DNA of 64,000 bases from positions 1 to 64,000 of IMG/VR virus record IMGVR_UViG_3300047547_000167; one strand, 5' to 3'. This document shows, piece by piece, positions 47,776 to 56,755 of the stretch. The DNA is from a virus. The stretch's first letter is position 1; the number at the start of each line of letters is the position of its first letter. Made by a program: the position numbers and the translations under genes. Below the pieces are notes generated by a model. The model did not search any database and was not told where the DNA came from. It saw nothing but the letters and a program-made list of their open reading frames with translations.

Positions 47776-48158
47776 TTCTGGTCCCCGGAAGATGCGCCGC
47801 CAATACCGCGAGCCAGTGCGGCCAGCCCTTGCTTCAGCGCGTTGAGCACCGTCGTCCAACCGTTGCCCATCGCTCCAATCGCAAACGCCACCACGGCCAT
47901 GCCGTGGATCGCCGGGAAGCCGTAACTGGTCTCAAGGTGCCAGGCGGTCGGGATGGTCAGGATCAGTGCGGCAGTGATGATCCTGAAAAGGAAAAAGGCA
48001 CCGCCAATCTTGGTGGTGCCGTGCATCGTTGACAGAGGCCACATCGCGCCCAGCAGGGAGCCCATGACGATGACCGCGTAGGGGCCAGCAAGGGGCCCGA
48101 GAAAGGCGGTCAGCAAGACAATGAGCGTGACGCCGCTGGTGGAAGTTGGTTCTGCCAT
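47772..48158 (-). CDS. putative holin
   Basis: MAEPTS N-terminus, multiple TM segments, first in lysis cassette. Confidence 0.7.
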   Translation of the reverse strand: MAEPTSTSGVTLIVLLTAFLGPLAGPYAVIVMGSLLGAMWPLSTMHGTTKIGGAFFLFRIITAALILTIPTAWHLETSYGFPAIHGMAVVAFAIGAMGNGWTTVLNALKQGLAALARGIGGASSGDQK

Positions 48159-48188
48159 TTTTCGGATCGTTTGGGTGTGACTGGGCAG

Positions 48189-48204
48189 ATTCTGGCGTCA
48201 CGAC
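48189..48204 (-). promoter_or_regulatory. putative late promoter GTCGTGA-CGC-CAGAAT
   Basis: Motif upstream of lysis cassette. Confidence 0.7.
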
Positions 48205-48213
48205 GACCGGGTG

Positions 48214-48773
48214 TCAGGCCGAGATTTCGCGCACGGTCAGCGTGGACGCGATGAGGCCGCCGAGGTTGATGTCCTGGTGGGTCTTGTTGAGAGTCATGGC
48301 CCCAGTGTTGTGCCCACCCGGACGTTGAACGTGGTGGCCGCAGTGGAGCCAGCCACAACCCGGTAGCGGATCAACGCAGAGCCGCTGGTGAGGTGGTTCC
48401 CGCCGCCGTTCATGCCACCCACGAAGCTGGCCGCCACGGCGTCAGCCCCAGAGTCGCGGAACAGCGCGGCCAGGATAGAGTCGCCCACGTTGGTCAGCTC
48501 AGAGCCGTGCACCACGGCCTCAACATCCAGCAGACTGCCGGCAGAGGTTGGAGTGATGGTCGCCGTCAGCACCTGGGTGCCTTCGGTGTTTTGCGGGATG
48601 GTCGAATCGGCGGGTATCGTGGCCGAGATCACGGTGTTGTCGGTATTCGACTGGAACACCGACTGCACCACCTGACCGCTGCGCGCCACGAATGGCGCAG
48701 CCCCAACGCTCAGCAGCTGGGAGAGGTAGTTTTGCAGGCCGGAGAGCTGGGCAATTTTGACGGCAAGGCTCAT
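48214..48773 (-). pseudogene. tail-associated protein, apparently frameshifted near 48310
   Basis: DSTIPQNTEG..ITP..ALFRDS..AGSTAATTFNVRVG; natural-looking end GGLIASTLTVREISA* lies in another frame. Confidence 0.6.
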
Positions 48774-48809
48774 AAAACTCCAATGAAGCGGTCAGACACC
48801 GCGCAAAAA

Positions 48810-49439
48810 TCAGTACAGCCAGCGACGGAAGCGCAGCTTGTCCGTTGTCGCGGCTCCGACGGTCAAAACAACCGACACGCCGCTGCTCGCCGTGAAATCG
48901 TCGCCTTCGCCGAAAAGCATGGAGCCATTCAGGTACACGTCAATTTTGCCAACGGTGTACCCACCGGTGATCGTGAACAGCGTCTGCCCCTCAGTGCTTG
49001 GCACCACGATCTCATCGGAGAACAGGGCGCCGACCGCAGCCTTGGCGCGGGCGTTCGTGAAGTAGAGGTTTGTCGAGCCTTCGGTGACTTCATCCGTGGA
49101 GCCGGGCGAGCCGACGATCTCCACGTAGGCCGAACCCCCCCAGCGATACTGGGCGTTGTCGTTCAACGTGATGTAAACCTTGCCGGACTCACCTGTCCCG
49201 GGCAGCGAGGCAAAGTCGGCGACCTCAATCACATCGTCCACAAACGAGGGTAACTGGGCCGAAGGCACCTTGCCGCCCACCAGGTCGGCCTTGATCGCCA
49301 GCGTCTGGTCTTGAGCGTTGAGGGCCGAGTCCACGCTGGTCAGGGCCTCGCGCAGCCGCGCCACGTCATCCTTCAGGACGTTGCTCTGGTTGGGCAGCGC
49401 CAGGTTGTAGTGCGGGGTTCGGTCATTGATGATGGGCAT
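48810..49439 (-). CDS. tail/fibre-associated protein
   Basis: KADLVGGKVP..QLPSFVDDV; TD.V.EGSTNLYFTNARA. Confidence 0.7.
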   Translation of the reverse strand: MPIINDRTPHYNLALPNQSNVLKDDVARLREALTSVDSALNAQDQTLAIKADLVGGKVPSAQLPSFVDDVIEVADFASLPGTGESGKVYITLNDNAQYRWGGSAYVEIVGSPGSTDEVTEGSTNLYFTNARAKAAVGALFSDEIVVPSTEGQTLFTITGGYTVGKIDVYLNGSMLFGEGDDFTASSGVSVVLTVGAATTDKLRFRRWLY

Positions 49440-49452
49440 TCAGGGCTCCGGG

Positions 49453-52400
49453 TTACAGGACAAACACCCGCAGGTCGCGCACAACAGGCCGGAAGGCCGT
49501 GCCGCCGGACAGCACCAGCTTGATCTGCACCGCTGTCTCGTTGATGCCGGTGGCCGAGTGAACAAACTCCACGAAGCCGTCGTCCACGTTGCGGGTGGTG
49601 GGGCTGGTGATTTCGGCCCACACGTCGCCGCCGTCGATGCCCTTCCAGTAAGCCTGGACGGTGGCACCGCTCGGGATGATGGCCTCGTAGATGATCTTCA
49701 CGGCAACGCTGGCCCCGCCAGGGATGGCGCGGGTCACGTAGTCGCCGGTGGCCGCGACCTGGCCGGCCACAAGCTGGGTGCCGGGGTGCAGCACAGCCGA
49801 CCAATCGGCGGTGCCGTTGATCTTCGCGGACACGGCCACTGTACCCGTGACTGCAGATGGCAACCGGATCGACTGACCATCCGATGCCGACACGGTGGAC
49901 GCATCGGGCAGGGTCAACAGGTACTCCACGCCGGTGGCGCTGGCTGGCGTCTCTGCGTAGGACATGAGCAACAGGTCGGTCGCCGCCGTGACGTTTGCGG
50001 AGCCCAGCGCCACAGTGCGGGTGGTCTGGGTGAAGGCCGCCGAGAGCAGGCGAAACGCCATGTCGCGGTCTTGGTGCGGCGTCCAAGTGCTGGCGTTGCT
50101 GGACGACAGCAGCACACCCACGGTGTACGGCTGGCTGGTGATCCAGCGCTGCGCGTTGCTGTCGAACTTGCCCAGCTCAGCCACGGACAAGGCACCCACA
50201 TCGTCGTCGCACAGCACCACCAGGGCGTATTCGACGCCGCCCAGCAGCGTGACAGGAGATGGGAACACCACCCGCGTGTGGCTTCCGTTGGTGACGATGG
50301 AGCCACTCGGAATCACCACGTTGGCGATCACGGTCTGGTTAGGCAGCCCTGTATCGGTGGCCCGCACCTGGAGCCGCACGGGCGTGGTTGGCGCAGCCGT
50401 GAACCAGAGGTCCACCGCCGTCGCCTGGGTGCCGGACACGAGGGTGAAGGTTTGAGCCAGGGGGTCGCTGCCGCCGCCTTCAAACACCACAGCGGGAGCC
50501 GGGGGTGGCGGCGACTGCCAGCGGCGCTCGTTGATCGTCGTCTGGCTCTGCCAAGTCTGACGTTCCAGCGTGCCCTGGCCTGAATACACCGCGCTTCCCG
50601 AGCTTCCACCGGCACCCGTGAAGACAACCGACTTGCTGCCCGACGGCACGCCGCTGGGCACCGTGAATGTGCCAGTGACCACGCCGCCGCCGTTGGCCAC
50701 AGCGCCGCCAGTGGGCAGGCTCAAGCCGTCAAACGTCAGCGACTGGAGCACCTCGCCGCCGCCGAAGCCAGACACGCTGTACGACACCGTCGTCTGGCGC
50801 AGCGTCTCCACCGCGCTGAAAGACGTGTTAATCAGGGCGGTACGCGTGCTGGACGACGTGTCGGACTGATCTCCCCAGCCGAAAGTGAAGCGCTGCGTCA
50901 GAGGCCCAGCCCAGTCGGACTGAACCACCGTCCAGCGGTCAACCGATGGCGTCAGCGTGACCTGCGCGGGCACCGGGGCAAACGACAGATACGGGTTGAT
51001 CTTCATGGAGCCCGTTCGCAGGGACTGCTCCAAGGTGATCACGTCGGTGTATGTCAGCGTCGTGGGCGTCGCCACATCGGCGGACATCTGCAACACCACG
51101 CCAGTGATGGGCAGCATGAGCAATCCGCTAACAATCGCGGCAGACTGCACAGTCCCGGCGTCGCGCTGGCTGTCATCTAGGAACGGGTCAACGAACAGCC
51201 CTTTCTTCGTGCCACCCTCGCGGGTGTGGATGCTCGACTCCAGGCGCTGCTGTGCGATCAGCTGGGCCAGCAGGTCCATGCGGCCATCAATCGCGGCCAG
51301 CGTGGGCATGGGCACCACGCGCACGCCGTCATTGATGACGCGGCGCGCAGAAGTCCAGGTCTGATAGACCGTGGAAATGGACAGCAGGTCGCCGGGAACA
51401 GTGGGGAATTGCGGATTGGCGTCCGACGACACGCCGTGCAGCCACACAATCGCGCCGGACTGGTCCAGGCACAGCTTGTCGTAGCGTGGCAGCATCTGGC
51501 TGTAGGTCAGCAGGATCAGGGTGCCGGTGACGGCGCCGGTGACCGTGAGGCCCGTTTCATCGACCAGCGTGGGCGTCACCAGGGTGATGTAGCGGTAGGT
51601 GCACGAGTACGTGCTGCCGGGGGCGGGCTCTGCGCCAGGCGGCGTCCAGTCCACCTTGCCAGCGGTCAGGACGTAGTCCGTGCCCTGGGTGTAAATCGTG
51701 GCACCCTGGGACACCTCCATGATCTGGAGCACCGACGTGTCGGGGAGCTGGTCCTGAGCGCCGGTGAACACGCCGTGCGTGAGCGTCACCGTCTTCTCGG
51801 CTGTGATCGAAACGGCGGTAACAGCGGTGCCCGGCGCGCGGTCGAAGTTGACGCGCTGCGCAGCGGTGCCCGTGGATAGGTGCGGCTCGTTGGTGATCAG
51901 CTTCAGGTCCGGGTCGGAAGCCAGCGTCAGGCGTCGCCCGGTGGGGTGCTCCACACTGAAGCCGAACACGCGCGCCCGGCCCTCGGACAGCGAGTAAACC
52001 TGATTGCCACCGACATCGGGCAGCGCCTTCAAGTTGAAGCCAGACACCACATAAGCGCCGCCCGCGCTGTCACGGTCGTAGCGGGCCAGCGCCTGGTTCA
52101 CGCCGTCCAGATTGGGCGGCGGCTCTTTGGACTGCGCGAAGCCGTTGGACACCTCGTAGACGGGGTAGAACTCCCCCGTGGTCACGCCGTCGCCCGACCA
52201 GCCCCAGGCGGCATCCACGCGCAGGCGCTCGGCACCCGGCGAGTTGTAGTTGCGCGTTCCAGTTGCAGGGTCACGCAGGTCTGGGTCTTGGAGCGATGTG
52301 ACAACGCTCTCGGTCAGCCGGACGCCGATGGCAATCGTGCCTGTGGTGGGCACGGTGAAGGCCGCCGGGGGCACGCCACGCACGGCCCCACGGATGTAGA

Positions 52401-52644
52401 CGGCACCGGACGCGCACTGCACGGCACCGGTGATCTCGTCCACCACAACACCGGCATCGCGGATGATGTCGCCGTCCTTGAAGATGGCATCGGCCAGCCC
52501 CTTGGTGCGGTACGCGGCCGTCTTCTGCACCTCGTTCAGCTCTGCGGACTGAAGGGCCCTGCCAGCAATGAACAGGTGCTCGTCGTAGTTGTCGGCCGGG
52601 TCAAACCGGCTGTAATACTGGCTCGGCATCGTGGCCATAGTCAT
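49453..52644 (-). CDS. large baseplate/tail-fibre protein (DUF4815-like)
   Basis: YYSRFDP..GRALQSAELNEVQ, PGAERL, FVDPF, DPLAQTF. Confidence 0.75.
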   Translation of the reverse strand: MTMATMPSQYYSRFDPADNYDEHLFIAGRALQSAELNEVQKTAAYRTKGLADAIFKDGDIIRDAGVVVDEITGAVQCASGAVYIRGAVRGVPPAAFTVPTTGTIAIGVRLTESVVTSLQDPDLRDPATGTRNYNSPGAERLRVDAAWGWSGDGVTTGEFYPVYEVSNGFAQSKEPPPNLDGVNQALARYDRDSAGGAYVVSGFNLKALPDVGGNQVYSLSEGRARVFGFSVEHPTGRRLTLASDPDLKLITNEPHLSTGTAAQRVNFDRAPGTAVTAVSITAEKTVTLTHGVFTGAQDQLPDTSVLQIMEVSQGATIYTQGTDYVLTAGKVDWTPPGAEPAPGSTYSCTYRYITLVTPTLVDETGLTVTGAVTGTLILLTYSQMLPRYDKLCLDQSGAIVWLHGVSSDANPQFPTVPGDLLSISTVYQTWTSARRVINDGVRVVPMPTLAAIDGRMDLLAQLIAQQRLESSIHTREGGTKKGLFVDPFLDDSQRDAGTVQSAAIVSGLLMLPITGVVLQMSADVATPTTLTYTDVITLEQSLRTGSMKINPYLSFAPVPAQVTLTPSVDRWTVVQSDWAGPLTQRFTFGWGDQSDTSSSTRTALINTSFSAVETLRQTTVSYSVSGFGGGEVLQSLTFDGLSLPTGGAVANGGGVVTGTFTVPSGVPSGSKSVVFTGAGGSSGSAVYSGQGTLERQTWQSQTTINERRWQSPPPPAPAVVFEGGGSDPLAQTFTLVSGTQATAVDLWFTAAPTTPVRLQVRATDTGLPNQTVIANVVIPSGSIVTNGSHTRVVFPSPVTLLGGVEYALVVLCDDDVGALSVAELGKFDSNAQRWITSQPYTVGVLLSSSNASTWTPHQDRDMAFRLLSAAFTQTTRTVALGSANVTAATDLLLMSYAETPASATGVEYLLTLPDASTVSASDGQSIRLPSAVTGTVAVSAKINGTADWSAVLHPGTQLVAGQVAATGDYVTRAIPGGASVAVKIIYEAIIPSGATVQAYWKGIDGGDVWAEITSPTTRNVDDGFVEFVHSATGINETAVQIKLVLSGGTAFRPVVRDLRVFVL

Positions 52645-52646
52645 CC

Positions 52647-53129
52647 TCAGAAAGTGATCACAACTTCAAAGCTCTCGCGGATGGCCGGTGAGCGGTAGAT
52701 GGGCCCGATGTTCTCCAGGGACAGCATGCGGCCGGGGCTGGAAACCTGGGCGGGGGTGAAATACTCCTGCCCAGGTGGCAGGCCACCCACCGTGACGGTG
52801 CCCACGAAAACCGCGATTTCACGGATGACCTCGGACAGGCCGTCCTCGAAGTCGAAGGCTGTGCGGATGTAGAGGTGGTTGGTAGGTGTCACCGACCGGC
52901 TGAATGTTGCGTCGTTTGGCAGCACAATGTTGCCGCCAGCGTCAGGCACCACGAAGGCAACCTCGGTAGCGGTCCGACGCCCGATCTCAGCCTGCAGGGC
53001 TGTTGCAACCAGGGATTCGGCGGGTGGTGTGACCCACGCGCCATCGCCGCTACCCCAAGCCAGGTGTATGGCGCGCAGGGCGATGGACTCGGCGATAGAT
53101 ACGCGGCCAGCGTCAACAAGGATAGACAT
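52647..53129 (-). CDS. baseplate/tail-collar protein
   Basis: LAWGSG, EIGRR, IREIAVF. Confidence 0.7.
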   Translation of the reverse strand: MSILVDAGRVSIAESIALRAIHLAWGSGDGAWVTPPAESLVATALQAEIGRRTATEVAFVVPDAGGNIVLPNDATFSRSVTPTNHLYIRTAFDFEDGLSEVIREIAVFVGTVTVGGLPPGQEYFTPAQVSSPGRMLSLENIGPIYRSPAIRESFEVVITF

Positions 53130-53153
53130 CGGTGCTCCAAATTTCCTGGGGCC

Positions 53154-53169
53154 ATTGTCGCGTCACGAC
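53154..53169 (-). promoter_or_regulatory. putative late promoter GTCGTGA-CGC-GACAAT
   Basis: Motif family member. Confidence 0.7.
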
Positions 53170-53200
53170 GAGCCGCGTCGGTCTGAGATCACGCGGCCGA

Positions 53201-53488
53201 TTACACCAGCCCGGAGGCGTCCAGCAATCCGGCGACCGCTAGGGTGGCCACAGCAGGCAAGGCCCAATCGAGGATGGCCTTTTGGTTCCAGGCCCTAGCC
53301 TGTCGAAGCGGCGCGAACGCGGGCATGCTGGACCGCTTGCCACCGTAGTAGTGCTCAATCAAACGGTACTCGGCCTGGGCGTATTCGCGCCCCACGAAGT
53401 ACCAAGCCCCCGCAGCTGCTCCAACCCACCATCCGAAGACTGGGGCTGTGCAGAGCTGGATAAAGATGGCGAGCGGGACGTGGTGCAT
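53201..53488 (-). CDS. membrane protein
   Basis: GREYAQAEYR..MP..DW pattern; TM segments. Confidence 0.65.
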   Translation of the reverse strand: MHHVPLAIFIQLCTAPVFGWWVGAAAGAWYFVGREYAQAEYRLIEHYYGGKRSSMPAFAPLRQARAWNQKAILDWALPAVATLAVAGLLDASGLV

Positions 53489-53710
53489 TTACTCACCGTT
53501 TTGCTGATGTGTTTTTGGACAGATCACATCTTGATTTGTCATGACCCGCGCCTTAGCAGTCTCCGCATGCGGAGACTGGCTAGATTTGCCAATCTCTGAG
53601 TTGATGTGGGCAAACAATGGCGCTGCAAGGTGATAAGGCAGTTGCTGCAACGCCTTATCAATGATTGCGAGTTGGTCCTGCGTGAATGTAATGTTCATTT
53701 CTTTCCTCAT
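53489..53710 (-). CDS. small protein downstream of tail fibre (possible chaperone)
   Basis: ALQQLPY..AAPL..I. Confidence 0.55.
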   Translation of the reverse strand: MRKEMNITFTQDQLAIIDKALQQLPYHLAAPLFAHINSEIGKSSQSPHAETAKARVMTNQDVICPKTHQQNGE

Positions 53711-53747
53711 GCGTTGTAAATTGATACTTTGATAGTGTACTATTAAT

Positions 53748-53773
53748 TTTTAGTGTTGCATCACGACGAGGTT
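53748..53773. repeat. 26-bp direct repeat, copy 1 (contains late promoter)
   Basis: TTTTAGTGTTGCATCACGACGAGGTT, identical at 55186-55211. Confidence 0.9.
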
Positions 53774-55163
53774 AGCCGGTTGTGCCGTTGTTGATGAGGC
53801 CCATGTCTGCGAGCGCGGCAAGCAGGTCAGACAGCGCAGCGTTACCACCTCGTGACCCCGTGATTGTAGGCTTGGAAACGGGAGTCGCGCCGAAAAAGCC
53901 GATGCCAGTGGTATTGATCCGAATTTGTTGAGCTGTGCTCCCGGCGGACAGAACAACGCCACCCCCACCCTTGCCTCGCAGAACAAGGTCAATGTCGGTA
54001 TCTGCGCCATCAGCAATCAAGTGTGGGTTGCCCCCAACCCCGAATGCAATTGCCCGGATGTGGTTTACAGGCGACCCAAAGCTAGCGTCTTCGACGCGAA
54101 GCGTAAGCCCGCCATTTGAGATAAGCTGGGTCTCATGGTTAGCGAAAACGATCTGCTGATGGGCGTTGGCTGCGTTTACATCCGAGCGGATTGCTGCGCC
54201 CAGGTAAGCCCCAGTTTTCCACTGGATGACATGGCCCTTCGCCATCTCCATGGCAATGCCTAATCCAGTGATGCCATCAGTCCCGGCAATCGCATTGGCG
54301 CCAAATACGATGCCCTTTGCATATCTATTGCCAGCTGCCGCAGACTCAGAGTTGATGATGCCGATGCAGCAAGAAACGTTTTGCAGCAGCGCGCCCTGGC
54401 CGTTCGCCTGCAAGCCCTGGGCGGTTTCTCCACCAACCCCAAACCAAGCCGTTGCAGTTGTGCCATTAGCCCCGGTCAAGTACGGGTTGACCTCGACCGC
54501 CGGCTGCAAGCTGCACACATCCAGCTCAATCGCCGTTGTAAAAAAGTTCGACTGCTCGTGGGCGGCGTGTCCGTAGATCGCCCAGGCCGACTTTGCTAAA
54601 GCTGGATTCGTGTTGTCATTCTTCGCGAAGAATGCCCCGCCTATGGTGTTGAGCTCCTCGGGCAGTCCATCCGATGTGCGAGAGGCCCCGGCAATACCGA
54701 TTCCGCCGATTGACGAAAATGAGGCAAAACTGCCACGCGTCTCAAAGTACGTCATGTACCCATTGGCCGAGTACCCAACCCACGATTTTTGAGAGCCTCC
54801 AGCCTTTGTTCCAGCCCCCTCCGTGGCAGCGTCGTCAACAAACACGCGGCGCCCCATGCGGAAAAGACGCCCAGGCGTTGGGTCATCATCCCAAAACCCG
54901 GCGGGTGCGGATGCGGTCGCCGCAACACGGGCGGCCTCGGGCGTGCTGTAGTCCTGCGTTGCGATAACGCTCCGCATCTTGCCCTGAGCACTCGTAGGAA
55001 CAGCGCCCGCACCTGCCGGGAGGTAGCCAGGATACGTTCCCAACACCCAATCAGCCAACGCCGACAGCGGCGAGCGCCGCGTCACCACGTTCTGCACCAG
55101 GGGGACGATCTCAGCCCCGGTAAGCGGGAGCGCGGGGTCGAGTTCGGTGATTTTCTTGGTCAT
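53772..55163 (-). CDS. tail fibre/receptor-binding protein 2
   Basis: KITEL N-terminus, GAGAV..AQGKMR..DY; Gly/beta-rich; low GC. Confidence 0.75.
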   Translation of the reverse strand: MTKKITELDPALPLTGAEIVPLVQNVVTRRSPLSALADWVLGTYPGYLPAGAGAVPTSAQGKMRSVIATQDYSTPEAARVAATASAPAGFWDDDPTPGRLFRMGRRVFVDDAATEGAGTKAGGSQKSWVGYSANGYMTYFETRGSFASFSSIGGIGIAGASRTSDGLPEELNTIGGAFFAKNDNTNPALAKSAWAIYGHAAHEQSNFFTTAIELDVCSLQPAVEVNPYLTGANGTTATAWFGVGGETAQGLQANGQGALLQNVSCCIGIINSESAAAGNRYAKGIVFGANAIAGTDGITGLGIAMEMAKGHVIQWKTGAYLGAAIRSDVNAANAHQQIVFANHETQLISNGGLTLRVEDASFGSPVNHIRAIAFGVGGNPHLIADGADTDIDLVLRGKGGGGVVLSAGSTAQQIRINTTGIGFFGATPVSKPTITGSRGGNAALSDLLAALADMGLINNGTTG

Positions 55164-55211
55164 GGTTTTATTTTCTTGGTCATGGTTTTAGTGTTGCATC
55201 ACGACGAGGTT
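55150..55211. repeat. 20-bp tandem duplication of the start region + 26-bp repeat copy 2
   Basis: ATTTTCTTGGTCATGGTTTT twice, then repeat. Confidence 0.9.
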
Positions 55212-55305
55212 GGGTGACACGCCGCTGCGCTGATTCACCACGCTGAAGACGTGGATGTCGCCAACTTGAACCAACGCAATACAGCGAGACGCCCTATCAC
55301 ACACG

Positions 55306-56724
55306 TCAATCAATGATTGCCAGTTTTCTCTGATTACCAAGAGAATCTTTTATGACAATGAACCCGGTAATTAAAGAATCCACCGTGGCCGCATGAATAC
55401 CAAAACGCACCAACCCGCTACCTTTACCCAGCAAAGTGAGGTCTATATTTGCATCCACACCCTGGGGTAGAATCACAGGCCCATTTCCGGGGCCGCCACC
55501 GTAGATGTTGATGCCGCATGTGCTGGCGCTGTCACTGGTCAGCGTAAACAGTGCGTTCTCGCCGCGCCTCAAAGACATTTCGGCAGTGTTTGCTAACATT
55601 CCCCACTTGATTGCGGATGTGTTGGCGCCAACAATTTCAAACGCTGTGTTGCCCGCCGCGTTGTACCATCGGATTGCGTGGGCACCACCGATGCCCTCAC
55701 TTGACATAGCGATAGCTTCGCCGCTTGTCAGAGAGTTACGCATAAAAACGATGCCACTGTTCCAGGTGTTGAACGCGGAGCTTTCCCCCGCAAGCACGAC
55801 CATCGCAGCGGTGGCCGGTGCGGTTGGCGATCCAGCAAAGCGCTCATCTCCACCAGCTGCATACCAAGAGCCGTACATGCCCACAACTTGCGCGTTTGGC
55901 GTCAGGACTGCGTTGTTGCCTTTGTTCTTGGCTCCGATCTCAATGCCGTAGACTGATGCATCACTGATCTCCCGCTGCATCTCAAAAATAGAACCCCAGG
56001 CGTAAGAGCCTGGTCGATTTGCGATTACGTTTACACCTAGGCCAATCGCTTCCTGGTTCGTGTCTGAAGTTCTAACTCCTGCGACGAACATGTACGGCAC
56101 ATCGTCATAATCCGGGGTGCTCGAAACAACAACCTTGCCGTTTCGAGCCAAGTAGTGCGCAGATATGCCGGCGTCAGCAAACCAGCTCGTCCCCGCATTC
56201 GCGGTGTCTTCTCCAGACAACTTAGCTGCCGCATCCCCAATAAACACCCGGTCGGCAAATCGCCAGATGTTCTGCCCATCCGCCCAATTCGGCCTTCCGC
56301 CTCGCAAAATACTCAATTTTCCAGAATCGGTTAAAGCCTCCCAGCGAGCGGCGGGATCGAGAAAAAATGCCACTTTTTTTGGGGTAATTGGCGCGGCAAA
56401 TTTATAGCTGGACACCGGGCGCCCAACAAAAGTGTAAATGCCGTTTTCTGCTGCAGCCAAAAACGCATCCGAGTCATCCCCGCTACCGCTACCTGATCCG
56501 CCATAGTCTTTGACGCTGCTGGCCATTTCGCGCAGCTTTTCCTGCAGGCTTCTGCGAACGCCGCCCAAACCCAACGGGATGTAACCAGGGTATGTACCAA
56601 CCACCCAGTCAGCCAAGCCACCCAGCAAGGTCTTCTTGGTAGCGCCAGCGTTGACGACCGGCAGAGCGTCCGCCGAGGACAGCTCTGAAGCCTGAGTCAT
56701 TTCCGAAATTTTGATGATTGACAT
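55306..56724 (-). CDS. tail fibre/receptor-binding protein 1
   Basis: KISEM N-terminus, LQEKLRE..SVKDYG..G.GDDS.AF; paralog of neighbour. Confidence 0.75.
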   Translation of the reverse strand: MSIIKISEMTQASELSSADALPVVNAGATKKTLLGGLADWVVGTYPGYIPLGLGGVRRSLQEKLREMASSVKDYGGSGSGSGDDSDAFLAAAENGIYTFVGRPVSSYKFAAPITPKKVAFFLDPAARWEALTDSGKLSILRGGRPNWADGQNIWRFADRVFIGDAAAKLSGEDTANAGTSWFADAGISAHYLARNGKVVVSSTPDYDDVPYMFVAGVRTSDTNQEAIGLGVNVIANRPGSYAWGSIFEMQREISDASVYGIEIGAKNKGNNAVLTPNAQVVGMYGSWYAAGGDERFAGSPTAPATAAMVVLAGESSAFNTWNSGIVFMRNSLTSGEAIAMSSEGIGGAHAIRWYNAAGNTAFEIVGANTSAIKWGMLANTAEMSLRRGENALFTLTSDSASTCGINIYGGGPGNGPVILPQGVDANIDLTLLGKGSGLVRFGIHAATVDSLITGFIVIKDSLGNQRKLAIID

Positions 56725-56755
56725 TGCGTTACTCCATTTTTTTAACTGGCCGCGA

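Noticed and set aside
53772-56724. Diversity-generating retroelement or invertase-driven fibre switch
   Set aside because: No reverse transcriptase, TR/VR pair, invertase or inverted repeats seen; the repeats are direct
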